Assembly (NCBI GenBank): GCA_964512145.1
Contig: CAZEIM010000001.1
Span: 19,094-83,093, forward strand
Direction: 5' to 3'
Length of the DNA: 64,000 nt
Source: an uncultured Flavobacteriales bacterium
Lineage (GTDB): Bacteria; Bacteroidota; Bacteroidia; Flavobacteriales_G; JALEGO01
In this document: positions 49,796 to 59,610 of the stretch, one piece after another
Layout: the number at the start of each line of letters is the position of its first letter
Numbering within the stretch: the first letter of the stretch is position 1
Program-made: the position numbers and the translations under genes
Notes under the pieces: generated by a model
Told to the model about the DNA's origin: nothing
The model's input: only the letters and a program-made list of their open reading frames with translations
Database searches by the model: none

Positions 49796-52558
49796 TTAGT
49801 GAGCTTCTAACCAATTATTTCCCACTCCTACTTCAACATCTAGAGGGACAGATAATTTTACGGCATTTTCCATGTTTTCTTGAATAATTTTAACGACCTC
49901 TTCTTGTTCAGATTTTAACACATCAAATACCAACTCATCATGTACTTGTAAAATAAGTTTTGATTGAATGTTTTTTTGCTCAAATGTTTTATGGATTTTT
50001 ATCATAGCCATTTTAATAATATCTGCAGCCGATCCTTGAATGGGGGCATTTACAGCATTTCTTTCAGCATGACCTCTTACAACAGCATTATTTGAATGAA
50101 TATCTTGCAAATATCTTCTTCTCCCCATAATCGTTTCTACGTAACCGTTTTTTTTTGCAAATTCTATATTTTTTTTCATATACTCTTGAATAGAAGGGAA
50201 TTGAGTGAAATAATTATCAATAATTTCTTTTGCTTCTGTTCTTGAAATTTGTAAATTTTGAGATAGTCCAAAAGGACCTTGTCCGTAAATTATTCCAAAG
50301 TTTACAGCTTTTGCCTTTATTCTCATTTCGCGCGTAACTTCTGTTTCTTTTACACCAAATACTTTAGCTGCTGTGGCTGCATGAATATCTTTTTTTTGTT
50401 TAAAAGCGAGCTTCATGTTTTCATCGTTGCTTAGTGCAGCAATAATTCGCAACTCAATTTGAGAATAATCGGCAGAAACTAAAATGTAATCGCTGTTTTT
50501 TGCCACAAAGGCTTTTCGTATTTCTCGACCCTCTTCTGTTTTTATGGGAATATTTTGCAGATTTGGGTTATTTGAACTTAATCTCCCAGTAGCAGCAACG
50601 GTTTGCATAAAGCTGGTATGAATTCGGCCAGTTTTTGAATTAACCAATAAGGGTAGGGGATCAACATATGTGTTTTTTAGTTTTCTTAACATCCTGTATT
50701 GAAGAATTAAATCAATTATTTGATGTTTATTTTTTAAGGTTACTAATACTTCTTCTCCTGTGGCATACTGACCTGTTTTTGTTTTTTTAGGTTTATCGAT
50801 AATGTTTAATTTTTCATACAATACTTCGCCTAATTGTTTTGGCGAATCGATATTAAATTGCATGTTACATACCGAATAAATTTTTTCGGTTAATGTGTCT
50901 AGTTTTGATTCTAGCTTTTTAGAATATTCTTGTAGAGCTAAAACATCAATATTTACTCCCTCACGCTCCATATTTGCCAAAATATTTGTTAAAGGCATTT
51001 CTAATTCAAAAAATAGTTTTTCTAAATTGTTTTGTAGCAGTTCAGGAGAGAAAACGTGCTTTAGTTGTAAGGTAATATCGGCATCTTCTGTCGCATATTC
51101 TGCAATTTCTGGTAATGCAACATCTTTCATGTTTTTTTGGTTTTTACCTTTTTCGCCAATAAGTTTTGTGATTGAAATAGGTTTATATTGTAAATAGGTT
51201 TCAGCCAGTAAGTCCATATTATGACGCATATCAGGCATAATAAGGTAATGAGCTATCATGGTGTCAAAAATAGGTTCGTGCACTTCAATTCCGTATTTAT
51301 GTAATATATTGATATCATACTTAATATTTTGAGCAATTTTTAATTTTGAAGAGTCTTTAAAATATGGTTTTAATGTTAACAACATATTTTTACATTCTCC
51401 ACTGAAAGGATATAATGGAATGTAATATCCAGTATGTGGTTTAGTGGAAAATGATAATCCTATAATTTCGGCTTCGTTTTCGTTTAAAGATGTTGTTTCT
51501 GTATCAAAGCAAAATTCATTGGATAAATCTAGTTCTTTGATTAATTCAAGCAACATATTTTCATCTAATATAATTTTATATTCATGAGGAACATCATCTA
51601 TTTGTTTTAAATCTACATACTTTTCGTTGGTAATAGTATTACTTGTTTCTTCTGAAAATAATGAGGTTTGACCATTATGAATCACTTGCAAATCTTCACC
51701 CAATACTTTTTTAAGTAAACTTCTAAATTCCAATTCCGAAAATATTTTTTTAATCTTTTCTTTATCTGGTTCTTGCAATTCAAGTGAGGTCTGATCTAAT
51801 GTTATGGGCGCATCTACCATAATGGTGGCTAATTTTTTAGAAATAACAGCTAATTCTTTATTTTCTGCAATCTTTTGACCTAGTTTACCGCCAATTTTGT
51901 CGACATTCTCTAAAATATTTTCTAAAGAGCCATATTCAGCTAAGAGTTTTTTTCCGGTTTTTTCACCTATTCCGGGAATTCCGGGGATGTTGTCAACGGC
52001 ATCTCCCCATAAACTTAGTAAATCAATTACTTGAGAGGGAGTGCTTATTTCAAATTTTTTACACACCTCAGTAATACCCATTATTTCGGTCGGATTTCCC
52101 ATTCTACCCGGCTTATAAATAAAAATATTTTCACTAACTAATTGTCCGTAGTCTTTATCGGGAGTCATCATGTATACGGTAAATCCTTTTTTTTCGGCTT
52201 GTTTCGCCAAAGCACCAATTAAATCATCGGCTTCGAATCCTTCTTTAAAAATAACCGGAATATTAAATGCATCAATGATTTCCATAATTTGAGGAATGGC
52301 TAATTGAATATCTTCTGGCATTTGCTCACGGTTGGCTTTATATTGTTCATAAATCGCTTCTCTTTCACCGGTTTCGGGTGAGTCAAAAACAACCGCAATG
52401 TGTGTAGGCTTTTCTTTTTGCAATACATCTAACAACGTATTGGTAAACCCAAACTGTGCAGAGGTGTTTTGTTTTTTTGAATTATAGCGGTGATTATTAG
52501 CAAAGGAAAAATAAGCTCGATAAATTAAAGCATAGGCATCCAACAAAAATAATTTCAT
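49796..52558 (-). CDS. polA: DNA polymerase I
   Basis: It has a 5'-nuclease domain, a 3'-5' exonuclease-like domain, and polymerase motifs A (DYSQIELR), B (RIKAKAVNFGIIYG) and C (QVHDE). Confidence 0.95.
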   Translation of the reverse strand: MKLFLLDAYALIYRAYFSFANNHRYNSKKQNTSAQFGFTNTLLDVLQKEKPTHIAVVFDSPETGEREAIYEQYKANREQMPEDIQLAIPQIMEIIDAFNIPVIFKEGFEADDLIGALAKQAEKKGFTVYMMTPDKDYGQLVSENIFIYKPGRMGNPTEIMGITEVCKKFEISTPSQVIDLLSLWGDAVDNIPGIPGIGEKTGKKLLAEYGSLENILENVDKIGGKLGQKIAENKELAVISKKLATIMVDAPITLDQTSLELQEPDKEKIKKIFSELEFRSLLKKVLGEDLQVIHNGQTSLFSEETSNTITNEKYVDLKQIDDVPHEYKIILDENMLLELIKELDLSNEFCFDTETTSLNENEAEIIGLSFSTKPHTGYYIPLYPFSGECKNMLLTLKPYFKDSSKLKIAQNIKYDINILHKYGIEVHEPIFDTMIAHYLIMPDMRHNMDLLAETYLQYKPISITKLIGEKGKNQKNMKDVALPEIAEYATEDADITLQLKHVFSPELLQNNLEKLFFELEMPLTNILANMEREGVNIDVLALQEYSKKLESKLDTLTEKIYSVCNMQFNIDSPKQLGEVLYEKLNIIDKPKKTKTGQYATGEEVLVTLKNKHQIIDLILQYRMLRKLKNTYVDPLPLLVNSKTGRIHTSFMQTVAATGRLSSNNPNLQNIPIKTEEGREIRKAFVAKNSDYILVSADYSQIELRIIAALSNDENMKLAFKQKKDIHAATAAKVFGVKETEVTREMRIKAKAVNFGIIYGQGPFGLSQNLQISRTEAKEIIDNYFTQFPSIQEYMKKNIEFAKKNGYVETIMGRRRYLQDIHSNNAVVRGHAERNAVNAPIQGSAADIIKMAMIKIHKTFEQKNIQSKLILQVHDELVFDVLKSEQEEVVKIIQENMENAVKLSVPLDVEVGVGNNWLEAH

Positions 52559-52598
52559 GTTTTTTTATTTCAAACATACCAATTTGTATTGGAATTGA

Positions 52599-53474
52599 TT
52601 ATGCTTTCGACTTATTATTTTTAAACAACCAACGGAAGGATATTTCATGTGCATTAAGGTTTTGGATTACCGAATTATACTTATCAAATGAATACGTGAA
52701 TGATATGTTTTTATGCTGTAAACCACCTAAAATCATAACATCAGCGTTTCGAAATCCTCCCCCAAGTATAAGGAACTTATATTTTAAAGATATACTCCCT
52801 CCGTAAATAGAACTAATGTAATGATTAACAAAAAATACAGACGGAACTAATTTAAGTTGTGAAGATAAATTAACATAGTATTCAAAAAATGTATTTGTAA
52901 ACAATCTTTCCCGGTAACTTTCATTCATAAATCCTATCTTAGGTCTGTTAATGTGATTAGAGGCTACAGACCATAAAAATTTATCTGAGTTTATCATAAA
53001 CCCTAATCCTATATCAAAATAAGTTTTACTCGTTTTAGAACTTAATATTGGGTCATTGGGATCTCCAAAAACAAGTTTTTCAGTATTTAGTTTTTTAGAA
53101 CTTACCCCTACATTACAACCTACAGATATTGTGTGCTTTTTACTTAAGCTAAATTTTGGAGCATAAGCTATTTGATGACTTGTGGTATAGAGGGTATTCA
53201 TTGAATTATCGCGAATAAAATAATACCCGATACCTCCTTTTATTTTGCTAAAGGTATTATCTATTGAAATGAGTGTTGTTTGAAATCCATTTTCATAATT
53301 TGCCCACTGAGATCGGTGTTGAGCATTTATTCTGAATTTGTCATAGGCTCCAGCCATCGCAGGATTTGAGTAAATACCGGCATTTTTATACTGTGTAAAA
53401 TAAGGATCTTGCGCTTTTAATATAGTTATGTTTATGGATATTAATGCACATGCTTTTAAGATTGATTTCATCAT
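52599..53474 (-). CDS. Type IX secretion system membrane protein, PorP/SprF family
   Basis: The signal peptide ends LKAQ. It is followed by DPYFTQYKNAGIYSNPAMAG, the family-defining N-terminal motif. The 291-aa beta-barrel-like body also fits. Confidence 0.75.
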   Translation of the reverse strand: MMKSILKACALISINITILKAQDPYFTQYKNAGIYSNPAMAGAYDKFRINAQHRSQWANYENGFQTTLISIDNTFSKIKGGIGYYFIRDNSMNTLYTTSHQIAYAPKFSLSKKHTISVGCNVGVSSKKLNTEKLVFGDPNDPILSSKTSKTYFDIGLGFMINSDKFLWSVASNHINRPKIGFMNESYRERLFTNTFFEYYVNLSSQLKLVPSVFFVNHYISSIYGGSISLKYKFLILGGGFRNADVMILGGLQHKNISFTYSFDKYNSVIQNLNAHEISFRWLFKNNKSKA

Positions 53475-53529
53475 TTTTTTTAGCTATAAAACGTATTCTA
53501 ACCTAAAAGTTACAGGGACATAAAAAAAA

Positions 53530-54303
53530 TTAAAAACCTGTGTCTTCAATAGGGATAATGATTAAATCTTTTGATTTTTTATCTTTTTTCTTTTTTTTCT
53601 TTTGTTCTTTTTCAGATTCTTGAGAATTTATAGGCTTTGTTTTATTCTCATTTATTTGGTTTTGCTTGTTGGATTCGTCTTGTTTGTTTTCTAAAGATTC
53701 GGTTTTTTGAAGTTCATTATTTGGAATATTAATGGGGGGTTCTTTCACTTCTTTTTTAGGAATTTGCTGTAAGCTTTCTTTGAAAATATTTTTTTTTCGG
53801 GTTGTTTTTGTTTTTTCAGAAACGGAAATATTTTTTTCTTGTTTAACTTCTTCTTGTTTTTGTAGGGTATCTAATTTTTCTACATTTGTTATGACAAAGT
53901 TTTCTTTTTTTAGTTGTTTTATTTCTTTTAAGGGGTTTGTTTCTAATATTAATGAATTTTTAGATCTTTTAGAATAGTATTTTGTATCCATTTTGTCGTC
54001 AGAGGTTCCGGATAATTTAGGTATTAATAGTATTAAAAAAGTAAAAAACGATATAATTTCTATTCCTAATAAACCTAATTTCCAAATATTATTGGAGTTT
54101 GAGTTTTTTTCGATAAAGGATTTATTCTCAAAAATTATCGTATCATCATTGGGCACAAAAGATAGTTTCCATAGCTCTAAATCTTCTTCGGCAGAAGGAT
54201 TTTGATGGATATATTTTTCTATCTCCTTTTGTTGTTCGGTAGAAAGGTTTCCTTCTACATAATCAAATAGATATTGGTCTATATTTTCTGATGTAATATT
54301 CAT
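53530..54303 (-). CDS. Putative anti-sigma factor (single TM segment, K/E/Q-rich periplasmic tail)
   Basis: Its start overlaps the sigma-factor stop (ATGA). The N-terminal ~45 aa (YLFDYVEGNLSTEQQKEIEKYIHQNPSAEEDLELWK) resemble anti-sigma N-domains, and one TM segment follows (LGLLGIEIISFFTFLILLI). The call rests largely on context. Confidence 0.5.
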   Translation of the reverse strand: MNITSENIDQYLFDYVEGNLSTEQQKEIEKYIHQNPSAEEDLELWKLSFVPNDDTIIFENKSFIEKNSNSNNIWKLGLLGIEIISFFTFLILLIPKLSGTSDDKMDTKYYSKRSKNSLILETNPLKEIKQLKKENFVITNVEKLDTLQKQEEVKQEKNISVSEKTKTTRKKNIFKESLQQIPKKEVKEPPINIPNNELQKTESLENKQDESNKQNQINENKTKPINSQESEKEQKKKKKKDKKSKDLIIIPIEDTGF

Positions 54304-54788
54304 GACAGAACCAATTTGTTTTTTAATAACTCTTTAATTTTTACTCTAGCTCTAAATAAATATACTTTTACTTGCGACTCAGATAATTCTAAAATTTCAC
54401 CAATTTCATCGTATGCATATCCTTCTAAATCTCGAAGTAATAAAACACTTTTTTGTATTTGGGGTAATTGTTGCAGTGCTTGATCAATTAAATCTTTCAA
54501 TTGCAAATCAGGAGCAAGGGTGATTTCGTTTTGTCTATAATTTCCTGCATGTGCTATAATTACATTTTTTCTTCGAATGTCGTTTAGTAATAAATTATGA
54601 GCAGTAGTATAAAGCCATGATTTTACTTTTTCAGGCTCAACTTCTTCTTTTTTTATCCATAACTTAGTAAAAGCATCTTGGGTAATATCTTTAGATAAAT
54701 CATAATCTTTGGTAGATTTATATATAAAGCGATATAAGGCATCGGAATAATTTTGTACGGCCAAGTTATATGTTTCTATATTTATCAA
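54300..54788 (-). CDS. ECF-type RNA polymerase sigma-70 factor
   Basis: Region 2 is YRFIYKSTKDYDLSKDITQDAFTKLW. The region 4 helix-turn-helix is YDEIGEILELSESQVKVYLFRARVKIK. The length of 162 aa fits. Confidence 0.85.
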   Translation of the reverse strand: MINIETYNLAVQNYSDALYRFIYKSTKDYDLSKDITQDAFTKLWIKKEEVEPEKVKSWLYTTAHNLLLNDIRRKNVIIAHAGNYRQNEITLAPDLQLKDLIDQALQQLPQIQKSVLLLRDLEGYAYDEIGEILELSESQVKVYLFRARVKIKELLKNKLVLS

Positions 54789-54840
54789 GATGCTTTTTTA
54801 ACGAGTATTTTTTAAAAAAGTTTCCGCAAAATTAGATTTT

Positions 54841-55650
54841 TTATTTACCACAACAGGCTGAAATATTGTGTAATTTTTTTACTTCAGAACTTGATAATGC
54901 CTTTTGGTATATAATAATATCATCTATAAGTCCGGTAAAATATTTTCCGATTATTAAATCGCCTTGGTCTTGAGCTAAATATAACGGAGAGCAATTAGCA
55001 TTTCCAGTTGCCGTTTCCTGCAGTACACCATTTAAATATATGCGGTACACATCGTTTTCTTTTACAGCCACTAAATGATTCCATACCTTACTTAATTCTT
55101 GTATTTCTTCACAAGTATTGTTGTTGGCCCATATTGGGGTGTTTGTCCATACCGAATTGTTGTGACCAAATACAGCTCGGTTGCAATCATATAATCCTAC
55201 CGACCATTCACCTCTTCTGTCTGCGCAATTTAAAGTTTCGCCTCGTGAAATTAGAATTTGATATTGACCATTTCCATTATATTCACTTTTATACCAAAGA
55301 GAAACAGAAAATACATATAAATTATTTAAAAAGTTACTGGCAGAGGCTTGTAAATATTCATTATTTGTATGGTCAAATTTAAAGGCACAGTTGCTGTTTG
55401 AACTTCTGTCTTTAGAAGCTTTTGCTGAGGTTGTATTGTTTAGATGATGATTGTTTCCACTAAAATCCGATAAACTCCCCTGACTAAACGGATAAAAAGC
55501 TAGTACCCCATTTTGTAAATCGTTTGGCAGGCATTGTAATGATAAATCTTTATCTTTTTTACAGCTATTTAAACTTAATGTAAAAATAGTTGCTATGGAT
55601 ACAGTTAATATGAACGTTTTGTTTTTAGTTTTTTTACTATTTTTTTTCAT
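54841..55650 (-). CDS. LamG-like (concanavalin A-like lectin) domain lipoprotein
   Basis: It has a lipobox (LSLNSC). The blocks DFSGNNHHL, FSVSLWYK, WNHLVAVKENDVYRIYLNG and FTGLIDDIIIYQKALSSSEV are typical of the LamG jelly-roll. Confidence 0.65.
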   Translation of the reverse strand: MKKNSKKTKNKTFILTVSIATIFTLSLNSCKKDKDLSLQCLPNDLQNGVLAFYPFSQGSLSDFSGNNHHLNNTTSAKASKDRSSNSNCAFKFDHTNNEYLQASASNFLNNLYVFSVSLWYKSEYNGNGQYQILISRGETLNCADRRGEWSVGLYDCNRAVFGHNNSVWTNTPIWANNNTCEEIQELSKVWNHLVAVKENDVYRIYLNGVLQETATGNANCSPLYLAQDQGDLIIGKYFTGLIDDIIIYQKALSSSEVKKLHNISACCGK

Positions 55651-55788
55651 TGGAGTAGTTTTTTAATAGTAAGAAACCTAAGTGTATTTAAAAGTTACAG
55701 ATGTATAAAAATTTAAATATTTTATTTTTCAGTAAATCATTTTAAACTATTAGTATCCTAAGGAAACTATAACATCTATAAAATAAAA

Positions 55789-56826
55789 TTACTTCATGAT
55801 ATCAAAAGATATTTGATGAATTCTTTCTTCTAATAGTTTCATCATTTCCCAAGTAATATCTAAATGTGTAACCATACGTAATTTTCGATTACCCATGGAT
55901 GTAATTTTTATTCCTGTATTTTCCAAAGCCGATAAAAAAATATTTTCGTCTATTTCTTCTTTTATATAAAAAATGACAATATTGGTTTGTACCGGGATAA
56001 TTTTTTCGATTATAGGCAATGATTGTAATATTTCTTCAATTTTTTTTGCTTTTTTATGATCTTCTTTTAGTCTTTCAACATGATGATCCAACGCATATAT
56101 TCCTGCCGCTGCTAAATAACCAGCTTGACGCATTCCCCCGCCTAATACTTTACGAATCCTGCGAGCTTTAAATATAAATTCATTACTTCCTAATAATACA
56201 GAACCAACAGGTGCCCCTAACCCTTTCGATAAACAAATGGATATAGAATCAAATATTTCACCGTATTTTTTGGGATCTTCTCCTGTTTCAACTAACGCAT
56301 TAAATATACGAGCGCCATCCATGTGAAATAATAAATTATGTGCCTTGCAAAAATTACTAATTTCAACTAAATCTTTAAAGTCCCAAATAGTTCCACCGGC
56401 TCTGTTACAGGTGTTTTCAGCAACTACCAACTTCGATAGAGGATAATGATAATTAAAGGAAGGATGGATATGTGCTTTTAAGTCATCAGCTTTAAATCTT
56501 CCGTCATTTCCATGAATATATCTAACAGAGCAGCCGGAGTTAAATGCAATTCCGCCCCCTTCATATTGATATACATGCGAATTAAATTCAAGAATTACTT
56601 CATCTCCCGGATTTGTATGTGCTTTAATGCCAATTTGATTAGACATAGTGCCCGATGGACAAAATAATCCCGCATACATGCCAAAAATTCCTGCTGCCTT
56701 GTTCTCTAATTCTAGTACTGTTTCATCTTCTAGAAATACATCATCACCTACCTTAGCTTTTATCATATGTTCTAACATTTTTTCGGTAGGCTTTGTTACA
56801 GTATCACTACGTAAGTCTATAATCAT
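55789..56826 (-). CDS. ltaE: Low-specificity L-threonine aldolase
   Basis: It has IIDLRSDTVTKPT at the N-terminus, and the PLP Lys context SICLSKGLGAPVGS. Confidence 0.85.
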   Translation of the reverse strand: MIIDLRSDTVTKPTEKMLEHMIKAKVGDDVFLEDETVLELENKAAGIFGMYAGLFCPSGTMSNQIGIKAHTNPGDEVILEFNSHVYQYEGGGIAFNSGCSVRYIHGNDGRFKADDLKAHIHPSFNYHYPLSKLVVAENTCNRAGGTIWDFKDLVEISNFCKAHNLLFHMDGARIFNALVETGEDPKKYGEIFDSISICLSKGLGAPVGSVLLGSNEFIFKARRIRKVLGGGMRQAGYLAAAGIYALDHHVERLKEDHKKAKKIEEILQSLPIIEKIIPVQTNIVIFYIKEEIDENIFLSALENTGIKITSMGNRKLRMVTHLDITWEMMKLLEERIHQISFDIMK

Positions 56827-56835
56827 ATTTTTATA

Positions 56836-56843
56836 TATTTTTG
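56836..56843 (+). promoter_or_regulatory. -7 box TATTTTTG (TAnnTTTG) 4 nt upstream of the S8 peptidase ATG
   Basis: This is an exact consensus match in the 21-bp divergent gap between ltaE and the peptidase gene. It implies a leaderless or very short leader transcript, or use of the second ATG at 56854. Confidence 0.35.
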
Positions 56844-56847
56844 CTTC

Positions 56848-58443
56848 ATGCGAATGTACATTTTTTTGCTTTTTGCTAATATTCCCTTTCAGATATTATA
56901 TTCCAATCAATATTATTGGGTACACTTTAAAGATAAACATCAAGTAAATTTTAATCCTTATGAGTATTTTCACCCTAAAGCCATTGAGCGAAGATTAAAG
57001 CACGGTATTAGTTTATATGATAGTACTGATTTTCCTTTACAAGAGAATTATGTTAGAGTGGTTTCTGAGTTATCTGATTCTTTGTTGGCAGAAAGTAGGT
57101 GGTTAAATGCTGTTGCTATTTTAACAAACGAACAAAATATTAAACGAATAGAACAACTTCCCTTTGTTAAAAACGTCCAAAAGTATTCTGTTGAAACTTC
57201 TTTTTTGTTAAAAGCGGATAAAAATTTTGTTGAAAAAATAGATGTGAATTTATTAAAGGATCAAACTAGTCATTTACAAGCAAAAGAATTTCATACAAGA
57301 GATGTATATGGTAAAAATATTCGTATTGCAGTTTTTGATGCAGGTTTTCCGGGGGTTGACCAGTTGCCCTATTTTAAGCATCTAAAAAATAAAATTGTTA
57401 AAACGTACGATTTTGCCCGAAAAAAAGATTTTGTGTATGCACATGATAATCATGGCACATCGGTATTATCTTGTATTGCAGGTGTACATGATACGATACC
57501 TATTGGTTTAGCTACCCAAGCATCTTTTTTATTGGCGATAACTGAATATTCAAAACGAGAGCCTTTTTCGGAAGAAAAGAACTGGTTATTAGCTGCCGAA
57601 TGGGCAGATAAAAATGGTGCGGATATTATAAACAGTTCTTTAGGATATACGCATCAACGATATTTTACAAACCAAATGGATGGTAACACCAGTTTGGTTT
57701 CAAAAGCGGCAAAAATGGCTTTTGAAAAAGGAATGTTAGTGGTAAATGCAGCCGGAAATGATGGTGATAAAGATTGGAAAATCATTGGAACTCCTGCGGA
57801 TGTTGATTGTGTATTAAGTGTGGGAGGAATTGATCCATATACACAATATAAAATTAGCTTTTCATCTTTTGGACCAAGCATTCAAAAGAAAATTAAACCT
57901 AATGTTTGTGCTTTTGGGCAAGTAATTGCGGCAAATGAACATAATCTACACGAAACATTCGGAACTTCTTTTGCTTCCCCTTTAATTGCTGGGTTTGCAG
58001 CATGTGTTTTGCAAATGGATACTACACTTACTAACGCCCAATTGTTTCAAAAAATTCAACAATCTGCTACATTATATCCATATTACGATTATGCTCACGG
58101 CTATGGAGTGCCTCAAGCATCTTTTTTCTTTTCTACCAAATTAGATTCTTTAAAAACTTTTACAACCTATATTGAAAATGAAATGTTACAGGTTCAAGTG
58201 TTAGATGATTTTATGCCATCTGATACGTTTAATAATATGTATGAGGCTGTGAAATCTTCCATTTCAAATCATCAATATATGTATGTTCATGTAGAAAATA
58301 CCGATGGATATTTAAGGCGATATTTTTTAGTGGATGTGTATAAAAAAAATGCCTTGGAAATTCCTTTAAATGACATACAAAAAGGAGAAACTATTAGAAT
58401 ACATTACCAAGGATATACCTACACATACAAACATGTTATATGA
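56848..58443 (+). CDS. S8 family (subtilisin-like) serine peptidase
   Basis: The catalytic triad contexts are IAVFDAGF (Asp), DNHGTSVLS (His) and GTSFASPLIAG (Ser). It has an N-terminal signal-like segment. Confidence 0.85.
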   Translation: MRMYIFLLFANIPFQILYSNQYYWVHFKDKHQVNFNPYEYFHPKAIERRLKHGISLYDSTDFPLQENYVRVVSELSDSLLAESRWLNAVAILTNEQNIKRIEQLPFVKNVQKYSVETSFLLKADKNFVEKIDVNLLKDQTSHLQAKEFHTRDVYGKNIRIAVFDAGFPGVDQLPYFKHLKNKIVKTYDFARKKDFVYAHDNHGTSVLSCIAGVHDTIPIGLATQASFLLAITEYSKREPFSEEKNWLLAAEWADKNGADIINSSLGYTHQRYFTNQMDGNTSLVSKAAKMAFEKGMLVVNAAGNDGDKDWKIIGTPADVDCVLSVGGIDPYTQYKISFSSFGPSIQKKIKPNVCAFGQVIAANEHNLHETFGTSFASPLIAGFAACVLQMDTTLTNAQLFQKIQQSATLYPYYDYAHGYGVPQASFFFSTKLDSLKTFTTYIENEMLQVQVLDDFMPSDTFNNMYEAVKSSISNHQYMYVHVENTDGYLRRYFLVDVYKKNALEIPLNDIQKGETIRIHYQGYTYTYKHVI

Positions 58444-59162
58444 ATATTTCTATCAAATATTTTTTTTTTAGCGCAATATTATTTTTTTTAATTTTTGTTG
58501 TTAAATCCCGAGACATAATATTTCAAGAGGAGGTAAATATTCCAGATTCATCTGATTATAATTTTGGATTGAATGGAAAAAATTATGTGCATTTTTTACT
58601 GCAATATGGTGTTTTATTTGGATCTACATCAAACAACGATTTAAGTTCTTTACATAAATTTTCTTCGAGCACTTTTGGATTGGGGTTAAGATATAAGCGT
58701 AAACTTACTAATTATATTGACCTAACCGGAGATTTTTTATATGTAAACAATACTTTTCGCTTTAAACAAGATACTATTAAAACATTTCCTAGTATTGGGG
58801 TTCACAATAAAGAGTTTTTATTATTTAATAATTTGCTACTAAATAGTGCACTTCGAATTAATTTTAATAAAAGAGGAAATATCATTCGAAATTACATGGA
58901 TGTTGGAGTATTGGGTGAATTTTCTTTTTCTGTAGTGCATGAGTATATTGATAAAAATGTACATCCTTTGGCAGGTAAAACAATGGTTAGAAATTACCGG
59001 TTAAAATACATTAACCCGTGGCAATACAGTGCTTTTTTAAGAGTTGGATTTAAAAAAATTAGTGTGTTTGCACAATATAGGGTTTCTAATATTATGAAAT
59101 CATCTTATTTGTTTCCTGAGTTACCTAGATATAAAGCAGGTATAGAATTAGGATTATTTTAA
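58440..59162 (+). CDS. Putative outer membrane beta-barrel protein (240 aa)
   Basis: It has a signal/anchor segment, alternating hydrophobic beta-strand patterning, and a C-terminal GIELGLF with terminal Phe. Its ATG overlaps the peptidase stop (ATGA). Confidence 0.5.
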   Translation: MNISIKYFFFSAILFFLIFVVKSRDIIFQEEVNIPDSSDYNFGLNGKNYVHFLLQYGVLFGSTSNNDLSSLHKFSSSTFGLGLRYKRKLTNYIDLTGDFLYVNNTFRFKQDTIKTFPSIGVHNKEFLLFNNLLLNSALRINFNKRGNIIRNYMDVGVLGEFSFSVVHEYIDKNVHPLAGKTMVRNYRLKYINPWQYSAFLRVGFKKISVFAQYRVSNIMKSSYLFPELPRYKAGIELGLF

Positions 59163-59166
59163 ATAT

Positions 59167-59589
59167 ATGGAATATATACTTTCAAATATTTCTCAACTAC
59201 CAGAACTAAGTAAAGAAATATTTAAGTTACAAAATCAAGGAGTGTATTTATTTTGGGGGAATTTAGGAGCAGGAAAAACAACGCTCATTAAACAATTATG
59301 TAAGGACTTGAGGATTGATGATCATGTTTCGAGTCCAACATTTAGTATATTTCAAGAATACATAGGTAATAATTCTGTTAAAGTATTACATGCAGATTTA
59401 TACAGAATAAAGGATCATCGGGAATTACTTGATTTAGGTTGGTACGATTTGTTGGAAGATCATACGTATATTTTTATTGAGTGGCCAGAAATTGCACTTG
59501 GTCATTTGCCCGATTCTTATTTGGAAATTAAAATAAACAAGGAGCCACTTACGGATATACGAAATGTTTCTTTATCTTTGGTTGTATAA
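59167..59589 (+). CDS. tsaE: tRNA threonylcarbamoyladenosine biosynthesis ATPase TsaE
   Basis: It has the P-loop GNLGAGKTTLIK, SPTFSI, HADLYR and IEWPE. Confidence 0.85.
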   Translation: MEYILSNISQLPELSKEIFKLQNQGVYLFWGNLGAGKTTLIKQLCKDLRIDDHVSSPTFSIFQEYIGNNSVKVLHADLYRIKDHRELLDLGWYDLLEDHTYIFIEWPEIALGHLPDSYLEIKINKEPLTDIRNVSLSLVV

Positions 59590-59610
59590 AAAGCTTATAT
59601 TATTGATGCT

